Part shown: positions 35,711-47,197 of the stretch, in pieces
How positions within the stretch are numbered: the first letter of the stretch is position 1
Layout of the letters: each line of letters starts with the position of its first letter
Assembly: GCA_040437565.1 (NCBI GenBank)
Contig: JBDOQK010000037.1
Span: forward strand, 124,001 to 188,000
DNA: 64,000 nt
Direction: 5' to 3'
Source: Albugo candida
Lineage: Eukaryota
Made by a program: the position numbers and the translations under genes
The notes under the pieces: model-generated
What the model saw: the letters and a program-made list of their open reading frames with translations, nothing else
Told to the model about the DNA's origin: nothing
The model's database searches: none

Positions 35711-37363
35711 TTATTGATGCCGTTTCTTACGCTCAATAGCGTCGTATGTGTTCGACCACAAATTTCGTATCGTTTCGTAGTCCTCGCTCGCAAATTTGGC
35801 TGCAATAAACCGCAATGAAGGCACCGTCAGCGAAAAGTAGTGTAGATTTCCTAAACACGACACATATTATGACAGATTGACGCAGTTAGAGTCTCTGATA
35901 CGCACCGTAGCCTTTGTAAATTTTACTCTTTATCGGAGATATTTTGTGATCCTGACAGAGCCGAAATGACTGAATCTGAGTATGCACAGGTCGCTTCTCG
36001 TACAGTGAGATCACACATTCATGATAAGCTGCTCGGGAGATGAAGAGCTGAAGTACATCCATTCGGGATCCACCAAAGGCAAAGTACTTCTGATCCCAAG
36101 TCGCGTTACCGGAAGTCAGATTACCGACACTGAACGTTCCATCTACGCATGAGAAATTGTCATTTGAGCAATGTATGACACGTATTAAAGCTCGTTCATA
36201 CTTGAGATTCGCGTCAGCGTGACTCCCTGAGTTGTGTCTTTATTCACGGTGCCTCGCTTGAAGCGCACTGTCATCGGACGAGGAGCAAGTCGGATCATTT
36301 CCAAAACAGTCGCATAGCTTTCTTTCTCTAAATTCTTTCGATTGATCGCCACGACCGAACTTCCGACAGATACACCGAGATGATCAGCAGCTCCGTTTTC
36401 TACCACCAACTTGACCACAGCGATTTCTTGGTGATGCGTGCGGTCGCGGCCATACACATCGACGCGCTCCATCAAGACGCCGAGTTTATAACCAGTCTCA
36501 AAAGTACAATCGTACTCGTTTTGAGCGCATTTTTCGGGTATGCAGTCTTCGGCATTCGTATCTTCAAAATTCGTTTGCTTTGACAACTGACTCCAATCGC
36601 CACTACCACCTGCAAAGTCGTCCAAATTCGCAAACAATTGGCCGGGAAATGCATTTTCAACGACCATAAAATCATCATTTTCCGAACGTGAGCCTAGATC
36701 TTTTTGAGAGCCTTCCTGTGAAATTTCACGCAGGGAGATTCTTGCACTTGTAGCTGGATTAAACGCTTCCGAATTGAGTGCGAGGCTAGCTCGAACTTCT
36801 TCTTGCGTTTGTCGCATTCCGCCACGATCCACGTGAGCTCCACCTGATGCAATTTGTTGTTGTGAATTCCTCTGCGATGTATTGAACGGGAATTGGGGCG
36901 TGGAGTCACGTGGGCTGAATGGGTCAAAATCGACGATGATATCCGAGAGACAAGTTTTCAAAGGTGCGCGTGTGGGCTCTGGATCACGAATCATACCACC
37001 ATACGCTTGAGAGTCTGACCCCAGATAGTTCTTGCAAGTGTCATGGCTTGCGGCTTGGGTGCTGAAAGGATCTGTTGGTTTATTGTTCCATTCTTGTACA
37101 TGAGGACCTTGATTGTACGGATGCGTGTTGTTCACTGGAACAAAACCACCTTGCATCTGGTAGGGGTAGCCCATCGACTGTGCCCCTGAACTATTAGCAT
37201 GAGGGTACAGTTGGGGATTCGAAAGTGGAGATGAAGGACCAAACGGGTTTGAAGCGGCATTTCCCGTACTTGGAGCTGTGCTGAATGTGGGATTTGTCAA
37301 GCGCTTTTCTACATCTGCTCTTTCAGACCTCATGGGGTCAAGTGAGGCAAATGGATCATTCAT
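35711..37363 (-). CDS. PDZ + PH-like domain protein with DPF/NPF-rich N-terminus
   Basis: YKLGVLME..VSVGSSVVAIN..RPMTVRF (PDZ); spliced exons WDQKYFAFGG..LHYFSL..AAKFASED (PH-like); stop at 35711-35713; two short introns. Confidence 0.75.
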
Positions 37364-37930
37364 TATCGAGCTCCAGGTACTGCTATTGCTTTCACGTAGC
37401 GACAATATGACAAATGAGTTGGGGCAGTTTCAGGTGATTCCCGACACGAAGCGATAGACTAAAAAACGACCGAGTGAGTGTGATCGTCTATAAATACTCA
37501 GCGCATCAATCGCGTCGGTCGATGAGATACGGAAGCATACGGAGGAGACGACAGCCTCACCCTTTGGGAGATTCGAGTCAATTCACACGCGCGATATCGC
37601 TGTGACTCCATTACGGCTTATACGATCCGATTTCGTCATAAAAAATGTGGCAAAATAGCCTTAAAAACTCTCCATTTCTGCAACATAAACGAACTCGATA
37701 CCACCACTGAGAGCGTGGGAATGCTCCACCACAAGTACTAAAGTGAACAGAAGAGGAATATTCACATAAACGACCATTTAAATTTCCAAGGATTTTCATT
37801 TTTTAGCATACGACAAAAAAATCAGTGCAGTATTTGTAAGCAAATGTGTTAGACTCATATCCGCACAGCTTTCCAGCCAAGTTGTAAGCATACTGCAGAT
37901 TGCCACAAGAGCGTACAATGCTCGTGCTCT

Positions 37931-39216
37931 GAGCTCCGATACTCCGAGTGTCTTCAAACCATTCACCGACCGCTCTATGCTATTGCGCCATCCTCCGAAA
38001 AGCTCTGATGAACCCACCAAGCAGTACAATTGCTTTATATTAAGCGATTCAGTCGTCTGTACTTTTCCATGCAAAGGTGATCTCTACCAGCATCGAATAA
38101 AGTACACTCTACGAACGCAGACTTTTACCGAGCATCCAAAAGCACCCAATTATCGATGAAAACCCTTATACATTACGTGTAAAATTCATTGCAATAAAGT
38201 CGTCGCCCGTCTTTGCATCCAAAATTTCCATTTTCAGAGAGTTTTTATAGTTTTCAATCAGAAAGTTCGATGTTTTTTTCTATTCTTTTGAAATTCTTAC
38301 ATTTGTACCTCACCGCATCCATTTCGCATTTTCACCGACCTCAATAATGGCATCGGAATCAGACCTTTCCAAATCGCTCGAACACACGAAGCCTCTCATA
38401 GAAGACAGTTCATCGACGGTATCGATGGAAACTCCAGCCAATGCTGAATTCTCACCTTTCCAAGATACGTATCTGGAAGGCTCAGAATCGGTCCAAAGCT
38501 CACATCCGTTAGAAGGAATCCAANNNNNNNNNNNNNNNNNNNNNNNNNNNNNNNNNNNNNNNNNNNNNNNNNNNNNNNNNNNNNNNNNNNNNNNNNNNNN
38601 NNNNNNNNNNNNNNNNNNNNNNNGAGCTCCGATACTCCGAGTGTCTTCAAACCATTCACCGACCGCTCTATGCTATTGCGCCATCCTCCGAAAAGCTCTG
38701 ATGAACCCACCAAGCAGTACAATTGCTTTATATTAAGCGATTCAGTCGTCTGTACTTTTCCATGCAAAGGTGATCTCTACCAGCATCGAATAAAGTACAC
38801 TCTACGAACGCAGACTTTTACCGAGCATCCAAAAGCACCCAATTATCGATGAAAACCCTTATACATTACGTGTAAAATTCATTGCAATAAAGTCGTCGCC
38901 CGTCTTTGCATCCAAAATTTCCATTTTCAGAGAGTTTTTATAGTTTTCAATCAGAAAGTTCGATGTTTTTTTCTATTCTTTTGAAATTCTTACATTTGTA
39001 CCTCACCGCATCCATTTCGCATTTTCACCGACCTCAATAATGGCATCGGAATCAGACCTTTCCAAATCGCTCGAACACACGAAGCCTCTCATAGAAGACA
39101 GTTCATCGACGGTATCGATGGAAACTCCAGCCAATGCTGAATTCTCACCTTTCCAAGATACGTATCTGGAAGGCTCAGAATCGGTCCAAAGCTCACATCC
39201 GTTAGAAGGAATCCAA
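37931..39216. repeat. Direct duplication 37931-38523 / 38624-39216 flanking a 100-N gap
   Basis: Same sequence, offset 693. Confidence 0.9.
39012..39026 (+). promoter_or_regulatory. Oomycete INR+FPR-like core promoter
   Basis: CCATTTCGCATTTTC fits YCAYTYY followed by the WTTT FPR element, 13 nt upstream of ATG 39040. Confidence 0.55.
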
Positions 39217-40368
39217 TACGCCGAAGTTGGAGATTGGGAAACTCTCCTCTCCAAATTGAATCAATGTATCGACATCGCACAACATCGAGATCATCACGGT
39301 ATGCTTCCTTTGCATTGGGCGTGCACAGACCCAAAAATATCAATCCAAGTCATCCAAGCTCTTCTACACGCGTATCCGCAAGGCGCTTTGACACGAAATA
39401 ATGCTCACTATTTCCCCATTCATATCGCTGTAAGAGCAGGCTTGGACGCTTCGATTGTTCGCGTCTTGTATGAGGCAGAACCCAGCACTTTACAGGAGAA
39501 AACTATCGCTGGGAAAACGCCATTAATGCTCGCGAAAGAGGCAAATCATCCGAATCAGAATGTGGCAATCTTACTCCAACAAGCCCAATACGCAAATAGC
39601 GTTCAAGACGTCCAGGAGACATCCCACCATGCTGAATTGCAGGATTCTCTTCGTTGTTCGATTCACGTTGAACACTCCGCAAAGCCGCAAGCGCTTTCAG
39701 TACGAAGATCACAAAGCCATACGAATGCCGCAACTCTGTTTGAACGACCAAATGATCCACTTGATGCAGAGAGAAGCACAATATCAGCACCAGAAGATCA
39801 CCAGGGAGTCAAAGGCGCTGCTTGCCAATTCTGCTACCGGAAATTCACTCTTTTTCGTCGAAAATATATCTGCATTCAATGTTTCTCTCCTCTCTGCCGA
39901 GATCATATCGCCGGAAAGCTGAAAATGAAAGTATTGGATGCGAAACGCGGTGTCATCTGTAAGGAATGCTTTCGTGGGTGGGAAGGACGGCCACTCAGCA
40001 ATGGTTTGGAGTACCACCGGGGCAGTGCTGCAGGTGGATACTGTGTCGGGAAGAATAGCTCGCCAGAAACCCATCATAGTCTCATCAGCAACCCACATGC
40101 GTGGAGGAGATCCAGTGCGTACTCAAAACGAGATAGCTCGTACGAGCTTCCCGGTAGAAGTAGCGATAGTACGGTCATTCAGAATCAGATTGGTGCTCTG
40201 ATAGAACGAAACGAAGCGCTCAGCACTTGTGTGAAATTCCAGCAGGAGCAGTATAACGAAGCGATGCTCCTTTTGAAGCAAACGTTGACACGAGTATCAC
40301 AGCTGGAAGTACGCTTGAATCATTGCGTGAATTCTGGCGCACTCACGCAAGAGACTGCCATCGTATAA
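39040..40368 (+). CDS. Ankyrin repeat + degenerate FYVE + coiled-coil protein
   Basis: HGMLPLHWAC, FPIHIAV, GKTPLMLA; CQFCYRKFTLFRRKYICIQCFSPLCRDH..ICKEC; C-terminal heptads. Confidence 0.85.
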   Translation: MASESDLSKSLEHTKPLIEDSSSTVSMETPANAEFSPFQDTYLEGSESVQSSHPLEGIQYAEVGDWETLLSKLNQCIDIAQHRDHHGMLPLHWACTDPKISIQVIQALLHAYPQGALTRNNAHYFPIHIAVRAGLDASIVRVLYEAEPSTLQEKTIAGKTPLMLAKEANHPNQNVAILLQQAQYANSVQDVQETSHHAELQDSLRCSIHVEHSAKPQALSVRRSQSHTNAATLFERPNDPLDAERSTISAPEDHQGVKGAACQFCYRKFTLFRRKYICIQCFSPLCRDHIAGKLKMKVLDAKRGVICKECFRGWEGRPLSNGLEYHRGSAAGGYCVGKNSSPETHHSLISNPHAWRRSSAYSKRDSSYELPGRSSDSTVIQNQIGALIERNEALSTCVKFQQEQYNEAMLLLKQTLTRVSQLEVRLNHCVNSGALTQETAIV

Positions 40369-40418
40369 GCTCTCTGCTGAAAGGATGAAGGCGTATGACG
40401 AGCAGTAGAATTGAGTCG

Positions 40419-42278
40419 CTAAGAGATTTTCTGGAAGATTATCGCCCAATTGGAATTGTCATAATAGCACGTCTCGACTTGAGCATTTCCAGCCATTTTG
40501 ATCAGCGACGAGAGTTCTCCTTCACGAAACATGTGACAGAAACGCTGGACAACAATATCAGTCGTGTCTTTGTACGGTTCCTTGACATATCGTCGATCAA
40601 GATTCCATGGAACCATAAAATCTTGCTTGTTTGGATCGAATTGGCGTCGAGACGTATCTTGCTGCTCGTGTGCCCAGGCGTAGATTATCCCGTTCCGCCC
40701 AACACGAAGAATACGAATGAGCTCGCGGACTGCCATTATGCGATGCTCTAAAGTGCTGAGATGGTGCAAGACGGCAATCGATAAAGCGGCATCGCAAGAG
40801 TTTGACCGTATTGGAACCGACAAAGCATCCAATACAACAGCATTGAGCCCTTGAGTCGTACAAATACTCACCAATTTCGAGCTTCGATCTCCTCCAAAAA
40901 TCAATCGGCGAGCTCCATCAACTATCTTCATATACTTGCCATTCCCGCAGCCAACATCCGCGATGATAGCGCTCTCAGGGAGACTTTCAAGGAAGGAAGC
41001 AACTTTTGGCCAAGGAGCATATCGTGTGCTGTCAAAGTGATCAGCAATGCGGTCATAGAAATCGTGAACGTAAGTTTTCTCGACTGCGGTGGGTGCTGGA
41101 GACGTGCTGCAAATTTGGATTTTCTTGTCGACATTGGACCCGTTATCTGTCTCATCCAATTTGACTCGGCGTACTTCATCGGCCAGCGTTCGATCACATT
41201 GGTACGGATACTCGCATGTACATGGGGTCGCCTGGATTTTTCGAAAAGTGACGGAAACGCGACGATTTCGATCGACTTTGACATTGTCAATTATATCGAA
41301 ATTTCTTGAAGCGATTCCATGGCTCCATTCATAACGTGAAGCGCCAGATAGAATCAACAATGAGCGTGGCTGCAAAAGTATCATCTCATGTCGACTATCG
41401 GGGTGCGTAAATTCCATCAGAATTTCACTCTGCAGACTCAGCGAGACAATGACGCTTGTGAATGCTGAATGGGTATCGATATGTGGAGCGATTCCCTGTC
41501 CCGGGAGGTACTCATTGGCAGTCACTTGGTCGAATATCACAGCCACAAACTCATCTGAATTTTGTCCTGCTTTCATCATTCCTATCTCGGCAGCCAGATC
41601 CTCGGGTACGGAGAATGGGATTTTCTCTGCCAAAGCGCTCAAAATTGGAGGAAGACACGATCCCAGGGGCGTATTCTCATCACATTTTCTTGTATCATAG
41701 TTGAATTCGTACCCAAAATGTTGCACCTGTCTGGCTCGGATTGTATCCTTCCATCGGTTTTTCTCATCAGCGTCTAAAAAAGCTATCAATTCCTGCTCCT
41801 GTGCTTTGGTGATGAAGTTTGGGATTGAAATGAGACCGGGAATGCGCGATTTGGGATCTTTTAGAGCGAATTCTCGTGTTACATTTTGCACCGAGTTGAT
41901 CCGATGACGCTCTTCTTTTTCTTTGCGATGGATCGAATACGTTGCGTATATAACGCGTTTATGAAGTAAGGTGCACGGTTGGCCGTGAAGGCGCTGTTTC
42001 AGTGCCTTGGCGGAGTCGATATCGTTCAATTCGATCAGAAGCGTCCTTCGTCCGCTTTTCCCGTAATAAATACCGCGGATTGGATCTTTTGAACATTGGT
42101 ACTCGGAGTTCGTTTCGGCGTATGGCGTGAGTTTGGTGTGTAGAAATGGTCGAAGCTTCTCTTCTGCGATCCATTCCATTTTCACACTACGACTCATTGT
42201 GCATCGGAGGAATCGGCTTGGCTCATTGTCCTCCACAAAGTCTGATAGAGAAAATTGAGCATTTGCTGTTGCAGCCAT
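40419..42278 (-). CDS. ALKBH8: ALKBH8-type tRNA wobble-uridine modifying enzyme (RRM-like + AlkB dioxygenase + Zn + Trm9 methyltransferase)
   Basis: RQVQHFGYEF, NEYLPGQGIAPHIDTHS, WSHGI, RVSVTFRK, CTCEYPYQCD, IADHFDSTRYAPWP, DVGCGNGKY, SIAVLHHLST. Confidence 0.93.
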   Translation of the reverse strand: MAATANAQFSLSDFVEDNEPSRFLRCTMSRSVKMEWIAEEKLRPFLHTKLTPYAETNSEYQCSKDPIRGIYYGKSGRRTLLIELNDIDSAKALKQRLHGQPCTLLHKRVIYATYSIHRKEKEERHRINSVQNVTREFALKDPKSRIPGLISIPNFITKAQEQELIAFLDADEKNRWKDTIRARQVQHFGYEFNYDTRKCDENTPLGSCLPPILSALAEKIPFSVPEDLAAEIGMMKAGQNSDEFVAVIFDQVTANEYLPGQGIAPHIDTHSAFTSVIVSLSLQSEILMEFTHPDSRHEMILLQPRSLLILSGASRYEWSHGIASRNFDIIDNVKVDRNRRVSVTFRKIQATPCTCEYPYQCDRTLADEVRRVKLDETDNGSNVDKKIQICSTSPAPTAVEKTYVHDFYDRIADHFDSTRYAPWPKVASFLESLPESAIIADVGCGNGKYMKIVDGARRLIFGGDRSSKLVSICTTQGLNAVVLDALSVPIRSNSCDAALSIAVLHHLSTLEHRIMAVRELIRILRVGRNGIIYAWAHEQQDTSRRQFDPNKQDFMVPWNLDRRYVKEPYKDTTDIVVQRFCHMFREGELSSLIKMAGNAQVETCYYDNSNWAIIFQKIS

Positions 42279-42973
42279 GGGAATGAAGCGATCCTATTGG
42301 TTTGAATGTTTGTATTTTAATCAATCACAGTAAGGCAGTCGGAGTTGGAGCTCATTTTCATGCGAAAGCGTTAAGGATGCATGATTTGGCGTTATACTAT
42401 CGCGTCGTGGCATGTGACGCTTATCAAGGAGATTACATTGAATGAGACGACATCTGACTGCATTTAACGCGTGTGAAGCATCGAATAAGTCATAAATTTG
42501 TGTGCGAACAAGTCGAAATGGTGATGGGGACCGCTATTGTCGCATGTAAGGCAGAGTCGTTATACTAATTCATATCTACACATTCTCCCACTTGATGCCA
42601 AAGATAAAAAGCTTGAATTGATTGACCGCATAGGCGGATGTGTAGCCAACATCGGCGCTTCACGAACCTCAAATTCACGGCTTTCTCGTGTCATAACGGC
42701 TCCCAACACGCATAGTATGTTTAGTGCAGTCAGATACGGACTTGCGAGCCAGGTTTGCAGCGTCGTGATGCTCACGTCCGCGCGTAAACAAAGGAAAAAA
42801 AAATAGCGTCTTCAGTCAATATCACGAATTGCAGCAATTGTCCAACTTGAAGCAAGTCTGGTTGGCTAAAATTCCTTGGTACCTTCAGAAATGTATGATC
42901 CTACAGTTAGCTTCACTGACACAGCAAGGTACCACACGTACAATTGTGAATCCTGCTACCAACATCCATAAAA

Positions 42974-43624
42974 ATGAGTTGGAAAAAGAATCTCGAGCGT
43001 CGAGGTGGCTTTTACGGTGATACTTATTGGTATGATTACAACCTGTCACGTCGGATGCCGCTCGTGAAGCCAATGATAGAAGAATTGGTTGCATCCTTGC
43101 CGCCATGCTCTGAGCAAAAGGTTCTCGATCTTTGTTCCGGAAGTGGAAATTTGGCTGAATGCGTGTTGCATGCATATCCATCCATCAGTAATCTGGTACT
43201 ACTCGACTCCTCAGCAGAAAGACTTCAAATCGCAAAGACGCGAGTGGAAGCCGTGCCGTCGAATGCGTCTATAAACTTACTCGAGTATATAATTGATCTT
43301 AGTAATCAATCAAAGTTGCCCGATGGGCCGTACAATTTGATCGTAGGAAGTCTGGCACTTCATCCACTCATTGAAAAACCAGCGCATTATGCAACGAAAG
43401 GCGTGAAATCAAATGAAAACTCGACGTCAAGTGATTCATACGAATCTCTATTCAAAATTCTATACAACTCATTATCGCCAAAGGGACATTTGATCTTTGG
43501 CGATCACGTTGGACAACTATCGCTTTATGAGCAACTTGTGATGATGACCAAAGTCGGGTTCATCGACGTCGATTGCTCGTGGCGTCAAAGCGACTTTTTC
43601 ATTGCGGGTGGACGCCGACCATGA
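42974..43624 (+). CDS. Class I SAM-dependent methyltransferase, substrate unknown
   Basis: VLDLCSGSG, LLDSS, YNLIVGSLALH, LSPKGHLIFGD, VGFIDVDCSWR; intronless. Confidence 0.85.
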   Translation: MSWKKNLERRGGFYGDTYWYDYNLSRRMPLVKPMIEELVASLPPCSEQKVLDLCSGSGNLAECVLHAYPSISNLVLLDSSAERLQIAKTRVEAVPSNASINLLEYIIDLSNQSKLPDGPYNLIVGSLALHPLIEKPAHYATKGVKSNENSTSSDSYESLFKILYNSLSPKGHLIFGDHVGQLSLYEQLVMMTKVGFIDVDCSWRQSDFFIAGGRRP

Positions 43625-43749
43625 GAATCTACTTTGTATTGGCGTGTTGGCGTGTTGGCGTATTCGAGTATAAAGCGAAATAAATGGTTCTTTGGGTCTT
43701 GCGCGTCAAATTCAAATTTGTAACGAACAGAATATGTCTCAGCGGACCG

Positions 43750-44857
43750 TTAAAAGCTTACATCCGGTGTCTTTTTTCTTGCAAAAAGAGTTCGCTCGTT
43801 TCGAGTATTCGCGTGAAGCCATTTCACCTCAAATGTATCATAATGCTCGGATAATATTTTTCGAGCTGTAGATATCGCTTCTCGTACAGCATTCTCGCTT
43901 GGTTTCTTGCCCAATTTCAGCGTGAGAACAAGATACGCCGATGGAAGCAATACATTCGCTACTTTCAGCATGAGTGATGCCGATTTGTGAACGCGGACAT
44001 TGATGTCACAAACACAGACATGAAATTTTTGCAGTTTCCATAATTGCGGTAAAGCATCTTCAAGCAACATTCGAAAATGCTGTATCCGATACGATTGCGT
44101 CCCAAGACTGAGTACTCCCGGATCGACAGCAGTGACACAGGCTCCACATTCATACAAGCAACGAGTCCATCCACCCTAATAATCAATATGTGCCAGTCAA
44201 CTCTTATAAAATTGTCTTTTTGACATTGCTACGTACTGGAGCAGCACCAATGTCCAGGACGCGATCACCACTATTGATATGAATGAAATCCAAGCATTCT
44301 TGCATTTTATAATATGCGCGACATGGAATGGTCTTTTTCATTGATGCCGACGATATAGGCGAGTGTAAAGGTACCAGAGGAGTTTCTCTGATGCCAAAGA
44401 GAATGTAATTTGTATTTCCCACTTGCAATACTGCATCAAGCATTTGTGTGTGACGTGTAGGACTCAGTGTGAAGCTTTGATCCAAAAGCACGCGTTTTAA
44501 TGCGTCTTGCAGCGTTTGTGGATACGCAGCAATGCGAATTGCATGCAGTTCCCTACGCCTCCTTTCCAGACATTTAACAATCCATTCTGGATCACTACAG
44601 CAGTGATCTAATCGATAGATGCGATGCGCTTTCATTCGACCCGCGCCAAATTGCAAAACGAGTTTTCGATACAAATGCTCGTTGTACGATGAGATTCGTG
44701 ACACACTTTGTATGTACAGTATCGGCGGCACAGACACTATTGTTGTATCCGGGAATAAAGAACGCACCTCTTGCTCGTACCGCTCTACGTGCGTATTCTC
44801 TACATGCAGCGCAACGCACGGAACGTATGGAGCAATCATCGTAAGGTGTGTCCACAT
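43750..44857 (-). CDS. FtsJ/RlmM-like RNA 2'-O-methyltransferase
   Basis: CRAYYKMQE, VLDIGAAP|GGWT across intron 44176-44236, VTAVDP, CVCDIN, LTLKL, NERT; K-D-K-E tetrad present. Confidence 0.85.
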
Positions 44858-45103
44858 AAATTAGCATTCGATGCTCCGTTACACTGAAATCAAATCAAAC
44901 TTGAGCAATCTTACATTGGACGCACCCGTTACAAAATTCAAGTGTGACGGTCCACCCATCCGATGACTTGTCTGTAACGCAAAAATACAACGCATCTATA
45001 AACGGATTAAATCCTGTAAATTCGATAGAAATAATCAGAATCCCATTATCACAATTTACCGTGTACATCATAGGAAGAAATTCCGAGCGTGATCTAAATC
45101 CTG

Positions 45104-47197
45104 ATGATTTCTCGGCCACACGCAACTGGAGCGTTTTCACTACGTTCTGACTTGTTTCCGCTATCGTCGATCTCGGTAGAGCAGCAAGCAACGCTATATT
45201 CACGAGCCGAAGAAACCGCTCGCATTCTCCTTAATCAGACATTTAACGATCAATGGCGATACATTCCTTTTGATAAAGATGGGGCACAATTACGTAAAGA
45301 TACCAGCAATCTATCTGCTTCGTATCGAATAGTTCGTGCAACATCCGCAATTCACTGTCAGGAACACGAGATACACCAAATGTTTGCGAATACGACTTCA
45401 GAGAGCTGGCGAGGGTTTCTCCAATGCTGCTTAGGTAAATACTTTGTGGACGCATTGATTTTGCATCAGGTTCCAGCTCCGCGGGAATCAAATGAGGAGA
45501 ATTATGGAGCAAGATCACTGAGTGTCAAGTGGGGCGTCTATGAAACCAATGTCACCGGTCGACGTGATCTCTGCGTGCTGGATTATAGATGCAAAGCAGT
45601 GACTCAAGCAGATCAAATGATGAACGTGTGGTGCTTCACTTCAATTGAAGGCGAACAAGTGGGATGTTATCCACTTAAAGAGAGCCATCACCTCGAACGA
45701 AGCGAGCTGAATCGATTCGGAATATTTTGGCACTCTATTTCCGCAGATCAAATTCAGATCACATTGTGTGGAAGCTTTCCTGTCAAATTCGCGTCAGTAG
45801 CGAGTTCAGTCATATTACATGTTTTGAGTAGTGTTCAGAGAATGGTTGGAGAACTCCGTGTGAAGAATAATTTAGTGATACATAGCACACACTGGATCCA
45901 AGATGATGAGCGAAAAACTTGCTGGTTGTGTACACGGAACTTCTATGCACTACGGCGTCGACATCATTGTCGAAGATGCGGAGAGATCATTTGTGCAGAG
46001 TGCTCTGTCAAAGAACAAACGATTTTACCGTTTGTTGGGGTCTCGAAACTGCGTCTGTGCAAAGCGTGTTGTATGGAGGCGAAGACAACACCTCTTTCCA
46101 CAATCGATCGATCCAATGTCTTTGAATGTGTTGGACGTGGCAGATCGACTAGTAAGGCGACTACCAGTCCGTTGGCTTACTTGAGGTCCTCGTCGACCGG
46201 AAGTCCCTGCAGCAGTGTATTCGGAATCAGTTGTACGGATCAGCGCTTACAGAAAAGCGAGGAGAAGGCTGTCGGGCAAATCGAAAAAGCCTGTATCTCT
46301 CCGACATGCTGGAAACCATCCTTGGACCGACTATCAACGCTTGAGCATCAATTCACTCCCTACGATAATCGAGAAAAGTTTGTAGATTCTCCTCACGATG
46401 TGATAGAGGTTTCTCTGGGAAGTAAAGAAGATTGCTCGAGTTCAGACAATCAAGAAATACATGACGGAAAGATTGAGAAGCAAGGAAGCATACAAATGCT
46501 CCTAGATCACGTTGATACAACAAACACTGGTAGTGGAAGCATGTTTGATCTGCTTTGTGGCTTGGCAGGACAGACTTTAGATTGTCCGATTGCATCACTA
46601 TGCGTCCTAAATCAGACCAGTAGTGAACGGGAGGAAAATATTCTTCGATCTAGCACGGGTCTGGCACATGATTCCGCATTAGCAGAAGAACTCTCCGTCT
46701 TTATCGACAAAGTGATGGAGCCGCAACCCACAATTGTTCTGGATTCCTCTGTCGACAAACGCGTCCAACAAATATTCGGCGATCGACACAGGTCGATTCG
46801 TATACGATTTTTCGCCGGATGTGCCATCTACTCCAAACATAGTCATAAACAGCTTGGCTATATTTGTGTGGCCGACTTCAAAAAACGAGATGCGGTCGAA
46901 GCAAGTCACGCATTTGCGATGGAACGTCTGGCTTCCCTTGCAGTGACAACCATGGAAAGAAATATTGCGTCTAGCCAGTCTTCTGTCGAGAAAAAGCAAT
47001 TGGATGGTCAATTAAGCGATTCGATAGCCCCATGCGATTTCCTTCCAATGACACAACCTGAAAGCAGTTGGGAGCACAACCAATCATTTCGTTCAAAGAG
47101 AAAAGCCTCTATCGATTACCAAAATGCCGAATCACAATTGCGGCATTTGTTGATAAAAGCCATTGAGACCCAACAACTTACAAAAGCCCATCGGTGA
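45104..47197 (+). CDS. START-like + FYVE + GAF domain protein
   Basis: Canonical FYVE WIQD..CWLC..RRRHHCRRCGEIICAEC..RLCKAC; GAF LDCPIA..IRFFAGCAI..LGYICVAD; START-like RRDLCVLDY region. Confidence 0.88.
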   Translation: MISRPHATGAFSLRSDLFPLSSISVEQQATLYSRAEETARILLNQTFNDQWRYIPFDKDGAQLRKDTSNLSASYRIVRATSAIHCQEHEIHQMFANTTSESWRGFLQCCLGKYFVDALILHQVPAPRESNEENYGARSLSVKWGVYETNVTGRRDLCVLDYRCKAVTQADQMMNVWCFTSIEGEQVGCYPLKESHHLERSELNRFGIFWHSISADQIQITLCGSFPVKFASVASSVILHVLSSVQRMVGELRVKNNLVIHSTHWIQDDERKTCWLCTRNFYALRRRHHCRRCGEIICAECSVKEQTILPFVGVSKLRLCKACCMEAKTTPLSTIDRSNVFECVGRGRSTSKATTSPLAYLRSSSTGSPCSSVFGISCTDQRLQKSEEKAVGQIEKACISPTCWKPSLDRLSTLEHQFTPYDNREKFVDSPHDVIEVSLGSKEDCSSSDNQEIHDGKIEKQGSIQMLLDHVDTTNTGSGSMFDLLCGLAGQTLDCPIASLCVLNQTSSEREENILRSSTGLAHDSALAEELSVFIDKVMEPQPTIVLDSSVDKRVQQIFGDRHRSIRIRFFAGCAIYSKHSHKQLGYICVADFKKRDAVEASHAFAMERLASLAVTTMERNIASSQSSVEKKQLDGQLSDSIAPCDFLPMTQPESSWEHNQSFRSKRKASIDYQNAESQLRHLLIKAIETQQLTKAHR

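Noticed and set aside
37611-38159. Short ORFs between the PDZ-PH and ankyrin-FYVE genes
   Set aside because: No recognisable motifs or consistent splice model
42537-42806. Short ORFs between ALKBH8 and the methyltransferase
   Set aside because: Non-ATG starts and no homology cues; probably promoter or UTR
43639-43661. ttggcgtg repeated about three times between convergent methyltransferase genes
   Set aside because: Short microsatellite with no spacers; not CRISPR and no evidence of function
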